From IMG/VR virus record IMGVR_UViG_3300036770_004099, positions 1 to 50,601 of that record: DNA of 50,601 nt, one strand, 5' to 3'. Positions 8,201 through 17,077 of this stretch are shown here, piece by piece. The position numbers and the translations under genes were made by a program. Below the pieces are notes generated by a model, which ran no database searches, was not told the origin of the DNA, and worked only from the letters and a program-made list of their open reading frames with translations. This stretch comes from a virus (lineage: Duplodnaviria; Caudoviricetes). Position 1 is the first letter of the stretch, and each line of letters begins with the position of its first letter.

Positions 8201-8354
8201 GACCCAAGAAAATCCCATAACTCTGCTTGCTAGTTTAAATACAAAGATGGATACTCTTATAGCGCTGAATAGAAGAGCCAATGACACCAGAGATAGCCAA
8301 TTAAAGGCTGCTAAAACCTCTGCAGGAGAAGTAACTGCTTGGATAGCAGCTTAA
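5241..8354 (+). CDS. Tape-measure-like tail protein with a C-terminal lysozyme-like (VgrG3 C-terminal-like) peptidoglycan hydrolase domain (1037 aa)
   Basis: Long Ala/Gln/Lys-rich helical region, hydrophobic segments near 6760-7030, and the domain ARFESG...DSTGGTSYGKYQIA at ~7470-8043. Confidence 0.7.
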   Translation: MAEVTGDLGGQPIQLNNAATEATLKEILAALLKQGVGGKGGKAQKDLENKLKELADQTKELTDAQKDALKQADAIKKKKEEEIKQAAELGEAYRGLLGAALGLITGMTNVISTLSRLDNSMTAAAQSMSAIPIVGGAMATVFGAVTGAAERTYKAFQQAASVGANFGGSITDMVNAASGAGLTFDQFSGIVSRTGSDLALLGGSTAEGAKRLAQLGKGIKDSNLGKELARMGYSTEQINESMAKYSGVMAKTGALSGMSNSQLIAQTGQYLQNLDAVSKLTGLNKKDLEDQRAQMMKDSQIRNTLRKMDATSQEELMAFLQTLPPELQEGAKEVIATGTATTEAGKAALQYLPDSGRAFMQMNAQIRQTGKFTKENNQALNASIQAEAKRVANSDLAENMRLFGDKYAQGVFTAIDDVAARQKTSAQIADETRKANEERLRKEKLGIKEVDPAKLKDFQEKIANISNQFSVLLVNSGLLDTFMKTFETMVGFVQNVIVPTFSFLADNAGILALVLAPLVGLIGLTSLAMGALTLATNLETLAKNGGIKATLQQAAASIASALGLGKVAAAAWAAALPFIKIALPVIALIAAFKLLYNAGWSFGDVLEAMGDNLKRFGIGYVDIWLAIAEKIAKFFGGGDKIKAMRESLDLERKELDEKEKARDQRRKERREERGIKEQENRLSREALELQQKENEAKKEGQNAAPTTPGGAYDLSTPQKMFESALRRQQGAAAQPGSAAVAPGLGGMAARFESGAAGSAAVGWDSTGGTSYGKYQIATKTGTMNKFMEHLKATNPEAYERLTKAGPADSGKDGAFAQEWKKLAGEGKLAQSEHEFIKKTHYDVGAAGLKDKNLQDMLGKSKALQEVMWSTSVQHGGGGASGIFNKVFKEGMTEEDLIKAIYAERGQRFGSSTAQVRTSVQNRFAQEQQLALGMIGQPGSSTQTAAAQNNNASATPSAAAAQTAMTPPQPVAQTSTQPTPAAVQAAAQTQENPITLLASLNTKMDTLIALNRRANDTRDSQLKAAKTSAGEVTAWIAA

Positions 8355-8369
8355 AGGAAAAAATTAAAT

Positions 8370-10070
8370 ATGAGTTGGAAAAAATATTTCACTCCTGTAC
8401 AGATCAACAACGAAACACGATCAATGAGTCCAATCAGTGGTGGTGGTCGTCCAGGACCGGCTCGTGCAAATTACAGTTCTTATCTACCAGATGTCTATGC
8501 CGGTGCACCAAATCGCATAGAACGATATATGCAATACGATACCATGGATATGGATTCGGAAGTCAATGCCGCTCTCGATATCCTTACAGAATTCTGTACA
8601 CAGAAAGACAAAGAAAACGCCACTCCATTCCATACTTTTTTTCGAGGACAGCCAACATCCACTGAAGTTAAACTGATCAAAGAGAGTCTACAAAAATGGT
8701 GCAAACAACAGCAGTTTGAAACTAGGATATTTCGTATTGTTAGGAATGCTTTCAAATATGGAGATTGTTTTTTTATTAGAGATCCCCAGACATTAAAATG
8801 GCTACATGTCGATGCTGCCAAAGTCAGCAAAATTATTGTTAACGAAAGCGAAGGCAAGATACCCGAACAATATACCGTAAGAGACATTAATTTTAATTTT
8901 AAGGATCTCATAGCCACCACTCCTCACGGCACTGCTAACACATCACCTAGCGGTACTAGTTCATATACCAGCGGTGGTGGTTTTGGTCGAGGATTTGTAG
9001 GTGATGCTGCACGACCGGCAGGTACTAGATTTCAAACCGCCACAAACGAAATCACAGTAGATGCTAAACATGTGGTACACATTTCTATGTCAGAAGGCCT
9101 AGATAACAACTATCCTTTTGGTAATTCACTGTTAGAATCAGTTTTCAAAGTCTACAAGCAGAAAGAACTGCTAGAAGATGCTATCATCATCTATCGTATC
9201 CAACGTGCTCCAGAAAGACGTATCTTCTATGTAGACGTCGGAAACATGCCAGCGCACATGGCTATGAGTTTCGTTGAGCGTGTTAAAAACGAAATCCAAC
9301 AACGTCGTATTCCTAGTTCAACTGGTGGCGGACAAAACATGATAGATGCTAGTTATAACCCTCTAAGCGTCAACGAAGACTATTTCTTTCCGCAGACAGC
9401 AGAAGGTCGAGGATCTAAAGTTGAAACATTGCCTGGTGGTACTAATCTAGGTGAAATCACAGATCTTCGTTATTTTACAAATAAACTTTTTAGAGCCTTA
9501 CGAATACCTAGTGCTTATTTACCCACGGCCATCGATGAGCAAGCCAACACTCTAGCAGATGGAAAAGTAGGAACGGCTTACATTCAAGAATTGAGATTTA
9601 ACAAATATTGCGAAAGACTGCAAAGCATGATCGTTGAAGTATTTGATCTTGAATTTAAAATGTGGTTAAAAAACAATGGCATTAACATAGATAGCAGTTT
9701 GTTCGAACTAAAATTTAATCCTCCTCAGAATTTCGCAGCCTATCGCCAAAGCGAATTAGACACTACTAGAGTGGCTACGTTTGCTCAACTCATGGAAGTT
9801 CCATATATGAGCAAACGATTCGCTATGAAAAGATTCTTAGGAATAACACAAGAAGAGATCACAGAAAACGAGCGTCTCTGGAAAGAAGAGAATGGTGCAA
9901 AATTGAAACCTTCGATAGATGCAGGAGCACAAATGAGAGGCGCAGGAATCACTCCGGGCGCTATTCAAGGAGACATGGCAGATCAAACTACAGAAGCACC
10001 GGAAGAGATGGCAGCAGCCGCAGAACCGGGCGCCGAAGCAGGAGGGGAGGCCCCTGCGCCCGCTCAATAG
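8370..10070 (+). CDS. gp20: Portal protein, T4 gp20-like (566 aa)
   Basis: LLEDAIIIYRIQRAPERRIFYVDVGNMP, EDYFFPQ..EGRGS.V.TLPGG.NLGEI.D..YF..KL.R.L.IP, ELRF.K.C.RLQ. Confidence 0.95.
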   Translation: MSWKKYFTPVQINNETRSMSPISGGGRPGPARANYSSYLPDVYAGAPNRIERYMQYDTMDMDSEVNAALDILTEFCTQKDKENATPFHTFFRGQPTSTEVKLIKESLQKWCKQQQFETRIFRIVRNAFKYGDCFFIRDPQTLKWLHVDAAKVSKIIVNESEGKIPEQYTVRDINFNFKDLIATTPHGTANTSPSGTSSYTSGGGFGRGFVGDAARPAGTRFQTATNEITVDAKHVVHISMSEGLDNNYPFGNSLLESVFKVYKQKELLEDAIIIYRIQRAPERRIFYVDVGNMPAHMAMSFVERVKNEIQQRRIPSSTGGGQNMIDASYNPLSVNEDYFFPQTAEGRGSKVETLPGGTNLGEITDLRYFTNKLFRALRIPSAYLPTAIDEQANTLADGKVGTAYIQELRFNKYCERLQSMIVEVFDLEFKMWLKNNGINIDSSLFELKFNPPQNFAAYRQSELDTTRVATFAQLMEVPYMSKRFAMKRFLGITQEEITENERLWKEENGAKLKPSIDAGAQMRGAGITPGAIQGDMADQTTEAPEEMAAAAEPGAEAGGEAPAPAQ

Positions 10071-10071
10071 T

Positions 10072-10079
10072 AATAAATA
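10072..10079 (+). promoter_or_regulatory. Late promoter AATAAATA (probably gives a leaderless mRNA)
   Basis: Only 4 nt between the motif and ATG 10084; no Shine-Dalgarno (SD) sequence. Confidence 0.65.
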
Positions 10080-10083
10080 CAAT

Positions 10084-10329
10084 ATGCTTCTACGTGAATT
10101 CTTTTCTTTTAACGATAATATCAACGATTTTGCCGTCGATCGTCGGTACGATAATGCCTCGGATAAATCAGTATTAAAACGTGGGGATACTAGAAAAACT
10201 CGATTAACTCTAAGACAGATCAATCAACTTCGCATGCAATCCGAAGCCCACGAGTATGAGAAAGAAAGTGAATTAGAGTTCGTTAAACAGATGTATGGAA
10301 CGCCAGTTGAAGCAGCATCTACCGAATAG
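10084..10329 (+). CDS. Hypothetical head-module protein (81 aa)
   Basis: Follows the portal gene; MLLREFF N-terminus; basic DTRKTRLTLRQINQLR segment. Confidence 0.75.
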   Translation: MLLREFFSFNDNINDFAVDRRYDNASDKSVLKRGDTRKTRLTLRQINQLRMQSEAHEYEKESELEFVKQMYGTPVEAASTE

Positions 10330-10945
10330 ACCAGCATTTGTACTTGGAAACGGAACTAGCAGGCTATCATTAAAACATAATAACTTGCTGGATAAAGGTA
10401 CAGTTTATGCCTGTAATGCTTTATATAGAGAATTTGAACCTCACTATCTAGTAGCAGTAGATGTGAAAATGATCAATGAAATCGTAGCATCGGGCTATCA
10501 TAAATCTCATTCTGTTTGGACTAACCCTAACAAAGGCATCAGCACCAAGCATCATTTAAATTTTTTTAATCCTCACAAAGGATGGAGTTCGGGACCTACT
10601 GCTCTGTGGTTGGCCTGCGGTCACGGGTACAAAGAAATTTTTATTTTCGGATTCGATTATGCAGGATCAAACGGCCGTTTTAATAATGTATACGCAGACA
10701 CATACAACTATAAAAAAAGTTCTGATGTAGCAACTTTCCATGGTAACTGGTTAAGTCAAACAGAAAAAACCATTAGGGAATATAAAAATATTAAATTTTA
10801 TAGAGTAATCAATCCTGGAGATTTTATACCGGATCAACTAGGAATACAATTACAAAATCTCAAACATATGACGTACGAAGAGTTTGGTGCAAGATTTCCA
10901 GATTGCATCAATATTACTGAAAATCTTCAAAAAACAGTCGTTTAA
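10295..10945 (+). CDS. DUF115/Maf/GT29-like Rossmann-fold protein, putative sugar transferase (216 aa)
   Basis: AFVLGNGTSR, ACNALYREF.P.YLVAVD, GWSSGPTALWLA, IFIFGFDY motifs. Confidence 0.6.
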   Translation: MERQLKQHLPNRPAFVLGNGTSRLSLKHNNLLDKGTVYACNALYREFEPHYLVAVDVKMINEIVASGYHKSHSVWTNPNKGISTKHHLNFFNPHKGWSSGPTALWLACGHGYKEIFIFGFDYAGSNGRFNNVYADTYNYKKSSDVATFHGNWLSQTEKTIREYKNIKFYRVINPGDFIPDQLGIQLQNLKHMTYEEFGARFPDCINITENLQKTVV

Positions 10946-10965
10946 CGTCATTTTTTTATCTACGC

Positions 10966-10973
10966 AGTAAATA
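10966..10973 (+). promoter_or_regulatory. Late promoter AGTAAATA
   Basis: TAAATA core upstream of the SD AAGGAG and ATG 11009. Confidence 0.55.
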
Positions 10974-11008
10974 AAACACAGCCTAACCATCTTGAAGGAG
11001 AATCTAAC

Positions 11009-11785
11009 ATGGCAGATAAATCATTGATCGAGCAGATGCTCGAGCGCCTGGTCAACGAAGACCAAGCCAAAGCAGAAGAATTGTTTCACGAGTATGTTGT
11101 TGCTAAATCTCGTGAAATTTACGAATCATTAATCGATTCCGAAATTTCTGAAGAATCAGACGAAGAAGACGAAGAAGAAAAAGTAGACGAAGCATCTGAT
11201 GAAGATGAAGAAGACGAAAAAGTAGAAGAAGAATTCGAAGACATCGCTATCGAAGGCGATGACGAAATGGACCTAGAGCCAGGTGATCCTACAGACGATC
11301 TAGCCGGAGAACTAGGTGACGAAGAAGATGGAGAAGAGAAATCAGAAGAAGAACTCTTCCAAGATCTAGAATCTATCGTTGACGAACTACAGGCTAAATT
11401 TGACGAACTCAAAGGCGACGACATGGGCGACGACATGGGTGACGACGAAATGAAAGATTCGTTAGATCCAGAATTAGCCACAGTGCGTGAATATGTAGAA
11501 AAAGTTCCAAATGCTAAAATGGGCGACAATGGTGCTAACACTAAATCCATCGTAGCAGGTAAAAATGATATGGGTGGCACGACCGCAAACATCGTAAAAG
11601 GCGGCGAGTCTAAAGGTGAAGGCACAAAAGGTGGTTTGCTTAACCCAAGCCCAAAAGAAGATAATGCTGGCAACATCAATGTTCCAGGTGGTAAAGCAGG
11701 TAGTGCTTTCAGCAAGAAAGAAACTGCAAAAATGGGCGATGATGGCGATAAATCAGCACAAAGCCTTTTCCGTGGCCGTAGATAA
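11009..11785 (+). CDS. Acidic prohead core protein (gp67/gp68-like position; 258 aa)
   Basis: Very Asp/Glu-rich centre with many I/L/V-x-E sites; lies between portal and protease; strong SD. Confidence 0.65.
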   Translation: MADKSLIEQMLERLVNEDQAKAEELFHEYVVAKSREIYESLIDSEISEESDEEDEEEKVDEASDEDEEDEKVEEEFEDIAIEGDDEMDLEPGDPTDDLAGELGDEEDGEEKSEEELFQDLESIVDELQAKFDELKGDDMGDDMGDDEMKDSLDPELATVREYVEKVPNAKMGDNGANTKSIVAGKNDMGGTTANIVKGGESKGEGTKGGLLNPSPKEDNAGNINVPGGKAGSAFSKKETAKMGDDGDKSAQSLFRGRR

Positions 11786-11794
11786 TAGGACGGT

Positions 11795-12427
11795 ATGGTG
11801 AAAAACTATCTATCAGAACAGTTGAGTTTCGACCAGGCCAAGATTGTATTGGAGAGCGAAGAAGAACAGGGAGGCGGTAAAACGCTTCACCTGAATGGTA
11901 TCTGTATCCAAGGTGATATCAGAAATCAAAACCAACGTGTTTATTCTTCTCAAGAGATTGGCAGGGCTGTCAAAACGCTCAATGAACAGATCGCTGGCGG
12001 ATACTCGGTCTGTGGAGAGTTAGATCACCCACAGGATTTGAAAATCAATCTAGATCGCGTTAGTCATATGATTACCAAGATGTGGATGGATGGTCCTAAC
12101 GGCTACGGAAAACTAAAAATAATCCCCACTCCAATGGGACAGTTAGTGTCTACGATGTTACAGTCAGGAGTGAAATTAGGAGTATCGAGTAGAGGATCCG
12201 GAGAAGTTGATGGAAGCGGTAATGTAAAAGATTTTGAAATCATTACAGTAGATATCGTTGCACAACCATCAGCACCCGGCGCTTATCCGACACCAGTATA
12301 TGAAGGCCTCATGAACACACAAGGAGGCTACCAGGCATTTAGAATAGCACAAGAAGTCAAAGGCGACCCAAAGGCACAGAAATACATAGCAGAGAGCCTG
12401 AAAAAAATTATTTCGGGACTCAAATAA
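11795..12427 (+). CDS. gp21: Prohead protease, T4 gp21-like (210 aa)
   Basis: GICIQGDIRNQNQRVY, GELDHP, LDRVSHMI, TPMG, LGVSSRGSG, D.VAQPSAPGA. Confidence 0.95.
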   Translation: MVKNYLSEQLSFDQAKIVLESEEEQGGGKTLHLNGICIQGDIRNQNQRVYSSQEIGRAVKTLNEQIAGGYSVCGELDHPQDLKINLDRVSHMITKMWMDGPNGYGKLKIIPTPMGQLVSTMLQSGVKLGVSSRGSGEVDGSGNVKDFEIITVDIVAQPSAPGAYPTPVYEGLMNTQGGYQAFRIAQEVKGDPKAQKYIAESLKKIISGLK

Positions 12428-12440
12428 CAAGGAGAATCAC

Positions 12441-13535
12441 ATGCTAGATTTCGTAAAACAGTTGTTTGAAAACAATGTGATTTCCGAGGAAATGAAATCG
12501 GAGATTGAATCTGCGTGGCAAACAAAGATACAAGAAAACCGTGATCAAGTCACTGCTGAACTACGTGAAGAATTTGCACAGAAATACGAGCACGATAAAA
12601 ATGCAATGGTGGAAGCCGTTGAATCGATGTTAGGTGATCGTCTACAAGCAGAATTATCTGAACTTGCAGAAGATCGTCAAGGTCTGATCGAAGCTCGTGC
12701 GAAGTATGCTAAGAAAATGAAGGACGATTCCAAAGCAATGGAATCATTCATCCTACAAAATCTTAAAAAAGAACTAGCAGAACTACACGAAGATCGTAAA
12801 GCAGTTGCAGGTAATGTTGCTAAATTAGAATCTTTTATCGTGGATGCTCTAGCGAAAGAAATCGCAGAATTCCATGCTGATAAGAAAGATCTAGCCGAAA
12901 CTAAAGTGCGTTTAGTGCGTGAGTCTAAGGCTAAATTTGAACAAATCAAGAAAGATTTTGTTGAACGTTCCGCTAAAATTGTTCAGGAAACAGTCGCAAA
13001 AGGACTGCGTTCTGAAATGGTTCAGCTACGTGAAGACATCGAAGCAGCTCGCAAAAATGACTTTGGTCGCAGAATTTTTGAAAGTTTCGCCAGCGAATAT
13101 GCTGCAAGTCACCTAAACGAAAAATCTGAAACTTCTAAACTTTTACAGATTGTAAAAACAAAAGAAGCAGAATTAGATGAAGCAGCGAAAATTGTTGCAG
13201 AAACACAAAAGTTAGTTGAAAGTCGAGAACAAGAAATTCGTGTCATGAAAGACATAGCCACTCGTAAAGAAGTAATGAATGAATTGCTTGGTCCTTTAAC
13301 AGGTGACAAGCGTTCAGTTATGAAAGAGTTGTTAGAATCTGTTCAGACTGAAAAATTACACAGCGCTTTTGACAAGTACTTACCGGCCGTAATGGATGGT
13401 GGTGTACCAGCGAAAAAAGCACTAACAGAAGGCAAAGAAATTACAGGCGATAAACAACAGGCACAACAATTTAGCAGTGAAGAAAAAACTGCTGAAATAT
13501 TTGACATCCGCAGGCTTGCGGGACTAAAAGTTTAA
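12441..13535 (+). CDS. gp22: Prohead core scaffolding protein, T4 gp22-like (364 aa)
   Basis: Coiled-coil Glu/Lys-rich protein between the protease and major capsid genes. Confidence 0.8.
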   Translation: MLDFVKQLFENNVISEEMKSEIESAWQTKIQENRDQVTAELREEFAQKYEHDKNAMVEAVESMLGDRLQAELSELAEDRQGLIEARAKYAKKMKDDSKAMESFILQNLKKELAELHEDRKAVAGNVAKLESFIVDALAKEIAEFHADKKDLAETKVRLVRESKAKFEQIKKDFVERSAKIVQETVAKGLRSEMVQLREDIEAARKNDFGRRIFESFASEYAASHLNEKSETSKLLQIVKTKEAELDEAAKIVAETQKLVESREQEIRVMKDIATRKEVMNELLGPLTGDKRSVMKELLESVQTEKLHSAFDKYLPAVMDGGVPAKKALTEGKEITGDKQQAQQFSSEEKTAEIFDIRRLAGLKV

Positions 13536-13546
13536 GGAGAACTATA

Positions 13547-14716
13547 ATGTCACAACTACTCGAGTCACGCTGGTCGGAAACCAAAGAGGCCCTGTTAGAA
13601 GGTCTTCAAGGTAACAAGCGTACAGTAATGGCAGCTACTCTAGAAAATACCCGCAAGTATTTGTCAGAGAGTGCTACAGCTGGTGCTACATCCGCTGGCA
13701 ACGTTGCAACCCTAAATCGTGTGATCCTTCCAGTGATCAGACGTGTGATGCCTACGGTCATCGCTAATGAATTAGTTGGCGTACAGCCAATGACTGGTCC
13801 AGTTGGTCAGATCCATACTCTACGTGTTCGCTACTCTGATACATTCAGCGGCAGCACTGGTGGTTCTACAACAGCTGGTGAAGAAGCACTAAGCCCATTC
13901 AAGATTGCTGAGGGCTATTCTGGTGTTTCGCCAGGTAAGGCTGATGCTACAGCAGCAAAAGAAGGTGTTGCTGGTAACAAACTAAGCATCCAGATCCTCA
14001 AGCAAACAGTCGAAGCCAAGACACGTAAATTGTCTGCTCGCTGGACATTTGAGGCTGCTCAAGATGCACAAGCCCAACAAGGCATTGACATCGAAGCAGA
14101 AATCATGGCTGCTCTTGCACAAGAGATCACTGCTGAAGTTGATCAAGAGATCCTACGCAGTCTAGCGACCCTAGCAGGTACTCAAAACCAAATAGCATAC
14201 GACCAGGCTGCTGTTTCTGGTACCGCTACATTCGTTGGTGATGAGCATGCTGCTTTGGCAGTTGCTATCAATCGTGTAAGCAACACGATCGCTCAGCGTA
14301 CACGTCGTGGTGCTGGTAACTGGGCTGTCGTATCCCCAACAGCATTGACAATCCTTCAGTCTGCTACTACAAGCGCATTTGCTCGTACAACAGAAGGCAC
14401 ATTCGAAGCTCCAACAAACACCAAGTTCGTTGGTACATTGAATTCTGCTATGAAGATTTACGTTAACACATATGCTGAGAATGATACAGTTCTAGTTGGT
14501 TACAAAGGTTCTAGCGAATCTGATGCAGCAGCATTCTACTGCCCATACATTCCATTGATGAGCAGCGGTGTTGTTCTAGATCCTAGCACATTTGAGCCAG
14601 TAGTTAGCTTCATGACACGTTACGGATATGTTGAGTTAACAAACACAGCATCATCTCTAGGTAATGCTGCTGACTACTTAGGTACAGTAACTATTTCTAA
14701 TAGTTCTTTTATCTAA
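13547..14716 (+). CDS. gp23: Major capsid protein, T4 gp23-like (389 aa)
   Basis: VIRRVMPTVIANELVGVQPMTGPVGQI, VEAKTRKLSARWTFEAAQD, EITAEVDQEIL, AFYCPYIPL, FMTRYG. Confidence 0.97.
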   Translation: MSQLLESRWSETKEALLEGLQGNKRTVMAATLENTRKYLSESATAGATSAGNVATLNRVILPVIRRVMPTVIANELVGVQPMTGPVGQIHTLRVRYSDTFSGSTGGSTTAGEEALSPFKIAEGYSGVSPGKADATAAKEGVAGNKLSIQILKQTVEAKTRKLSARWTFEAAQDAQAQQGIDIEAEIMAALAQEITAEVDQEILRSLATLAGTQNQIAYDQAAVSGTATFVGDEHAALAVAINRVSNTIAQRTRRGAGNWAVVSPTALTILQSATTSAFARTTEGTFEAPTNTKFVGTLNSAMKIYVNTYAENDTVLVGYKGSSESDAAAFYCPYIPLMSSGVVLDPSTFEPVVSFMTRYGYVELTNTASSLGNAADYLGTVTISNSSFI

Positions 14717-14743
14717 TCAAAGCACAAACGTTCTATTACGTTT

Positions 14744-14769
14744 CAAAAAGGCTCTTCGGAGCCTTTTTG
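14744..14769 (+). terminator. Rho-independent terminator after the major capsid gene
   Basis: CAAAAAGGCTC-TTCG-GAGCCTTTTTG: UUCG tetraloop with flanking A and T tracts. Confidence 0.9.
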
Positions 14770-14790
14770 TTTGACTTAAATATCTATGAG

Positions 14791-15057
14791 ATGCAGATAG
14801 AATCAGAAAAGGACTTTACAAAACTAAGACAACACATAGATGCTTGGCATAAAAAATTTCCTATGTTTAGACACGATGTTGTTAAAATAGAAAACGCTGT
14901 AGAAGAACATATCAAACAATACAGTATCGCAATGGTACATTATCGACAGAGCCATAAGAAACATTTTTTAGAACAGGCAGAATCTCACATTCTAGAAATC
15001 AACAGGATTATCAGCATAACCGAAAAAATGGAACTAATGGCTATACTGAGCCAGTGA
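14791..15057 (+). CDS. Hypothetical helical protein (88 aa)
   Basis: ATG 14791 follows the late-promoter-like CTTAAATA (14775-14782); the track's TTG start lies inside the terminator. Confidence 0.7.
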   Translation: MQIESEKDFTKLRQHIDAWHKKFPMFRHDVVKIENAVEEHIKQYSIAMVHYRQSHKKHFLEQAESHILEINRIISITEKMELMAILSQ

Positions 15058-15133
15058 TAAATAAAGTATCTAGAATGATTTATGCGGTACCCGCCGCGTA
15101 TGACCTAGAACGTCAACCTAAAGGAGAAAACAA
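15056..15133 (+). promoter_or_regulatory. Late promoter GATAAATA plus structured 5' leader
   Basis: Promoter 15056-15063; helices 15081-87/15094-100, 15069-73/15105-09, 15101-04/15112-15; SD AAGGAG. Confidence 0.6.
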
Positions 15134-15685
15134 ATGGGACGTCCAATTAATAAAAGATATTTTGGAAAACTGCCTGACGCAGATGATCCAACGCTAGCAC
15201 CGCAGAGCGGCGATACGTTTTTTAACGTCAAAGTTAATGCACAAATTGGTTCAGCCGCGGAAAGTGCGATAGCATTTATTCTAGCGCAGAAAGGATCTAC
15301 AAAATTTCTAGTAGCCAACGGTGTTTTAGTAAATGACGAAGATTTAGTTACCGGTACCAAATATGTGATCAATGCCGTAGGAACTACTGACTGGTCTTCT
15401 GTGGGAGTAGAGGGTGATGCATTTGTAGGAAAAGTATTCACAGCCACAGGAGCAGGATCTGGCACAGGCACAGCAAGATTAGCAGGTGTCTGCAAATTAG
15501 TCGATGCTGCAGATGGTTCTCTGGGAGCCGACGAAATGTCTATCATGGGACAATTATCTAACGGATCTCAAGTAAGAGTTAAAAAACTATATAATCGTAC
15601 AGCTAGAGATTTCAGCAATAATAGATACAAATGGAATATTGTTGACGACTCTACAGCCACAGTACTACAATTAACAGCGATTTAA
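15134..15685 (+). CDS. Hypothetical virion protein (183 aa)
   Basis: Strong SD, own late promoter, beta-rich composition; lies next to the capsid gene. Confidence 0.7.
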   Translation: MGRPINKRYFGKLPDADDPTLAPQSGDTFFNVKVNAQIGSAAESAIAFILAQKGSTKFLVANGVLVNDEDLVTGTKYVINAVGTTDWSSVGVEGDAFVGKVFTATGAGSGTGTARLAGVCKLVDAADGSLGADEMSIMGQLSNGSQVRVKKLYNRTARDFSNNRYKWNIVDDSTATVLQLTAI

Positions 15686-15697
15686 TAGGCAGATATC

Positions 15698-16708
15698 ATG
15701 GGTCAGTTCGTACAAGTCAACGGCGATTACAATATCAAAACCGCAGAAGGTGGTAAGATAAAATTTGATACTGGCCCTGGTATCGGTGAGGTTCGTATCA
15801 CCGGAGACTTAGTTGTCGAAGGTGATACTCTTACTGTTTCTGCTGAAAATTTACAAGTACAAGATAATATCATAACATTAAATTTCGGTGAAACCGGAGC
15901 AGGAGTCACTGAAGGAACCAGCGGTCTTGAAATAGATCGAGGCACATTAGATAACGCTTATTTTTTATGGCAAGAATCCGACGACAGTTGGAATTTAAAA
16001 ACCGGTTCGGGATATGACACAAGCAAATTAAGATTGACACAACTGTTGACCAATGCAGATACTTTGAATCCAACAACAGGCAGAGTAGGAGATCTTACTT
16101 TGATAGGAGTAGGTGCAGGTGTAGTTTCAGTGAAAGGAACGTTGAACTACGAATTAAATGTCACCGACGATGACGATGTACCTAACAAAAAGTATGTAGA
16201 CGACGCGATCCAAACTAATCCAACGTTCCAAGTATTGCGAGGAGATACTCGTGTGTCTGCATTTGACATCTCGCAGCCCCTCGATCCAGGACTATTTCCT
16301 ATCGGCCCGTACGGTGTTCAACCTAGCAGCAGTCAAGTGTCCGTAGTAGTTGACGATCTCATCGTCGCAGAATATTTCAGTAATCAAATTAGATTCGCAG
16401 GATTGCAATTTTTCACTGAAGATCCTACTAATCCTCTAACAGGTCTTACTCCGGATGCGGCAGTGATACAGACTACTAACAGCGGCGCGAATTTAAAACT
16501 AGAAACCAACGACACAGGTAGAGTTGAGATCACATACGCTCTCCAATTAGACAATCACGGGTTAACTCCTGGTGCTATTCCTAATACCACGATATTGTAC
16601 GCAGGAAATGTAGGAGGAGGAACCACAGGCGTGTTCTTTAATAACTCTACTAAAAACGATGAGCTAATAGGCAAAAACAGATCTCTGCTGTACAGCATGA
16701 TATTCTAA
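15698..16708 (+). CDS. Virion fibre/structural protein (336 aa)
   Basis: GDLVVEG, DNIITLN.GE, SGLEIDRG and NKKYVD fibre-type motifs. Confidence 0.7.
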   Translation: MGQFVQVNGDYNIKTAEGGKIKFDTGPGIGEVRITGDLVVEGDTLTVSAENLQVQDNIITLNFGETGAGVTEGTSGLEIDRGTLDNAYFLWQESDDSWNLKTGSGYDTSKLRLTQLLTNADTLNPTTGRVGDLTLIGVGAGVVSVKGTLNYELNVTDDDDVPNKKYVDDAIQTNPTFQVLRGDTRVSAFDISQPLDPGLFPIGPYGVQPSSSQVSVVVDDLIVAEYFSNQIRFAGLQFFTEDPTNPLTGLTPDAAVIQTTNSGANLKLETNDTGRVEITYALQLDNHGLTPGAIPNTTILYAGNVGGGTTGVFFNNSTKNDELIGKNRSLLYSMIF

Positions 16709-16717
16709 GAGACAGAT

Positions 16718-17077
16718 ATGATAAAAAGCACAAAATTAACTACCACCGGCGATACAGAAATATTTCGAGCCACTACGACCGGAGATAATACAGGCACAGG
16801 TCAGACTACTGCGGTTACAAATATCATAGTCTGCAACACTGCAACGCCCAGTGATACAGATGAAACAGTTAATATCTGCACCTTGACATTAAATCTCGTG
16901 AGATTTGGACAGGTTAGTAATGATACCAACACTGTGGTTAAAAATCTCACTGTGCCTGCTGGAGAAACCGTATTCTTCTCTGATGAAAAAATTATTCTAG
17001 ATTCTAATGATCAGATACGAGCAACAGCATCGGCAAATAATTTATTAAGCGTAACCGTGAGTTCATTGGCAGTATGA
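16718..17077 (+). CDS. Small beta-sandwich fibre adaptor, paralog 1 (119 aa)
   Basis: Similar to 19892 and 34561 (..V.N....V.L...VPAGE......KIIL..ND.I.A.AS). Confidence 0.65.
   Translation: MIKSTKLTTTGDTEIFRATTTGDNTGTGQTTAVTNIIVCNTATPSDTDETVNICTLTLNLVRFGQVSNDTNTVVKNLTVPAGETVFFSDEKIILDSNDQIRATASANNLLSVTVSSLAV

Noticed and set aside
5241-8354. T6SS or extracellular contractile injection system locus
   Set aside because: Portal, prohead protease, scaffold and major capsid genes show this is a genuine phage.
8339-8665. 108-aa alternative-frame ORF, and the many short antisense ORFs within large genes
   Set aside because: They overlap well-supported genes and reflect codon bias; none has its own expression signals.
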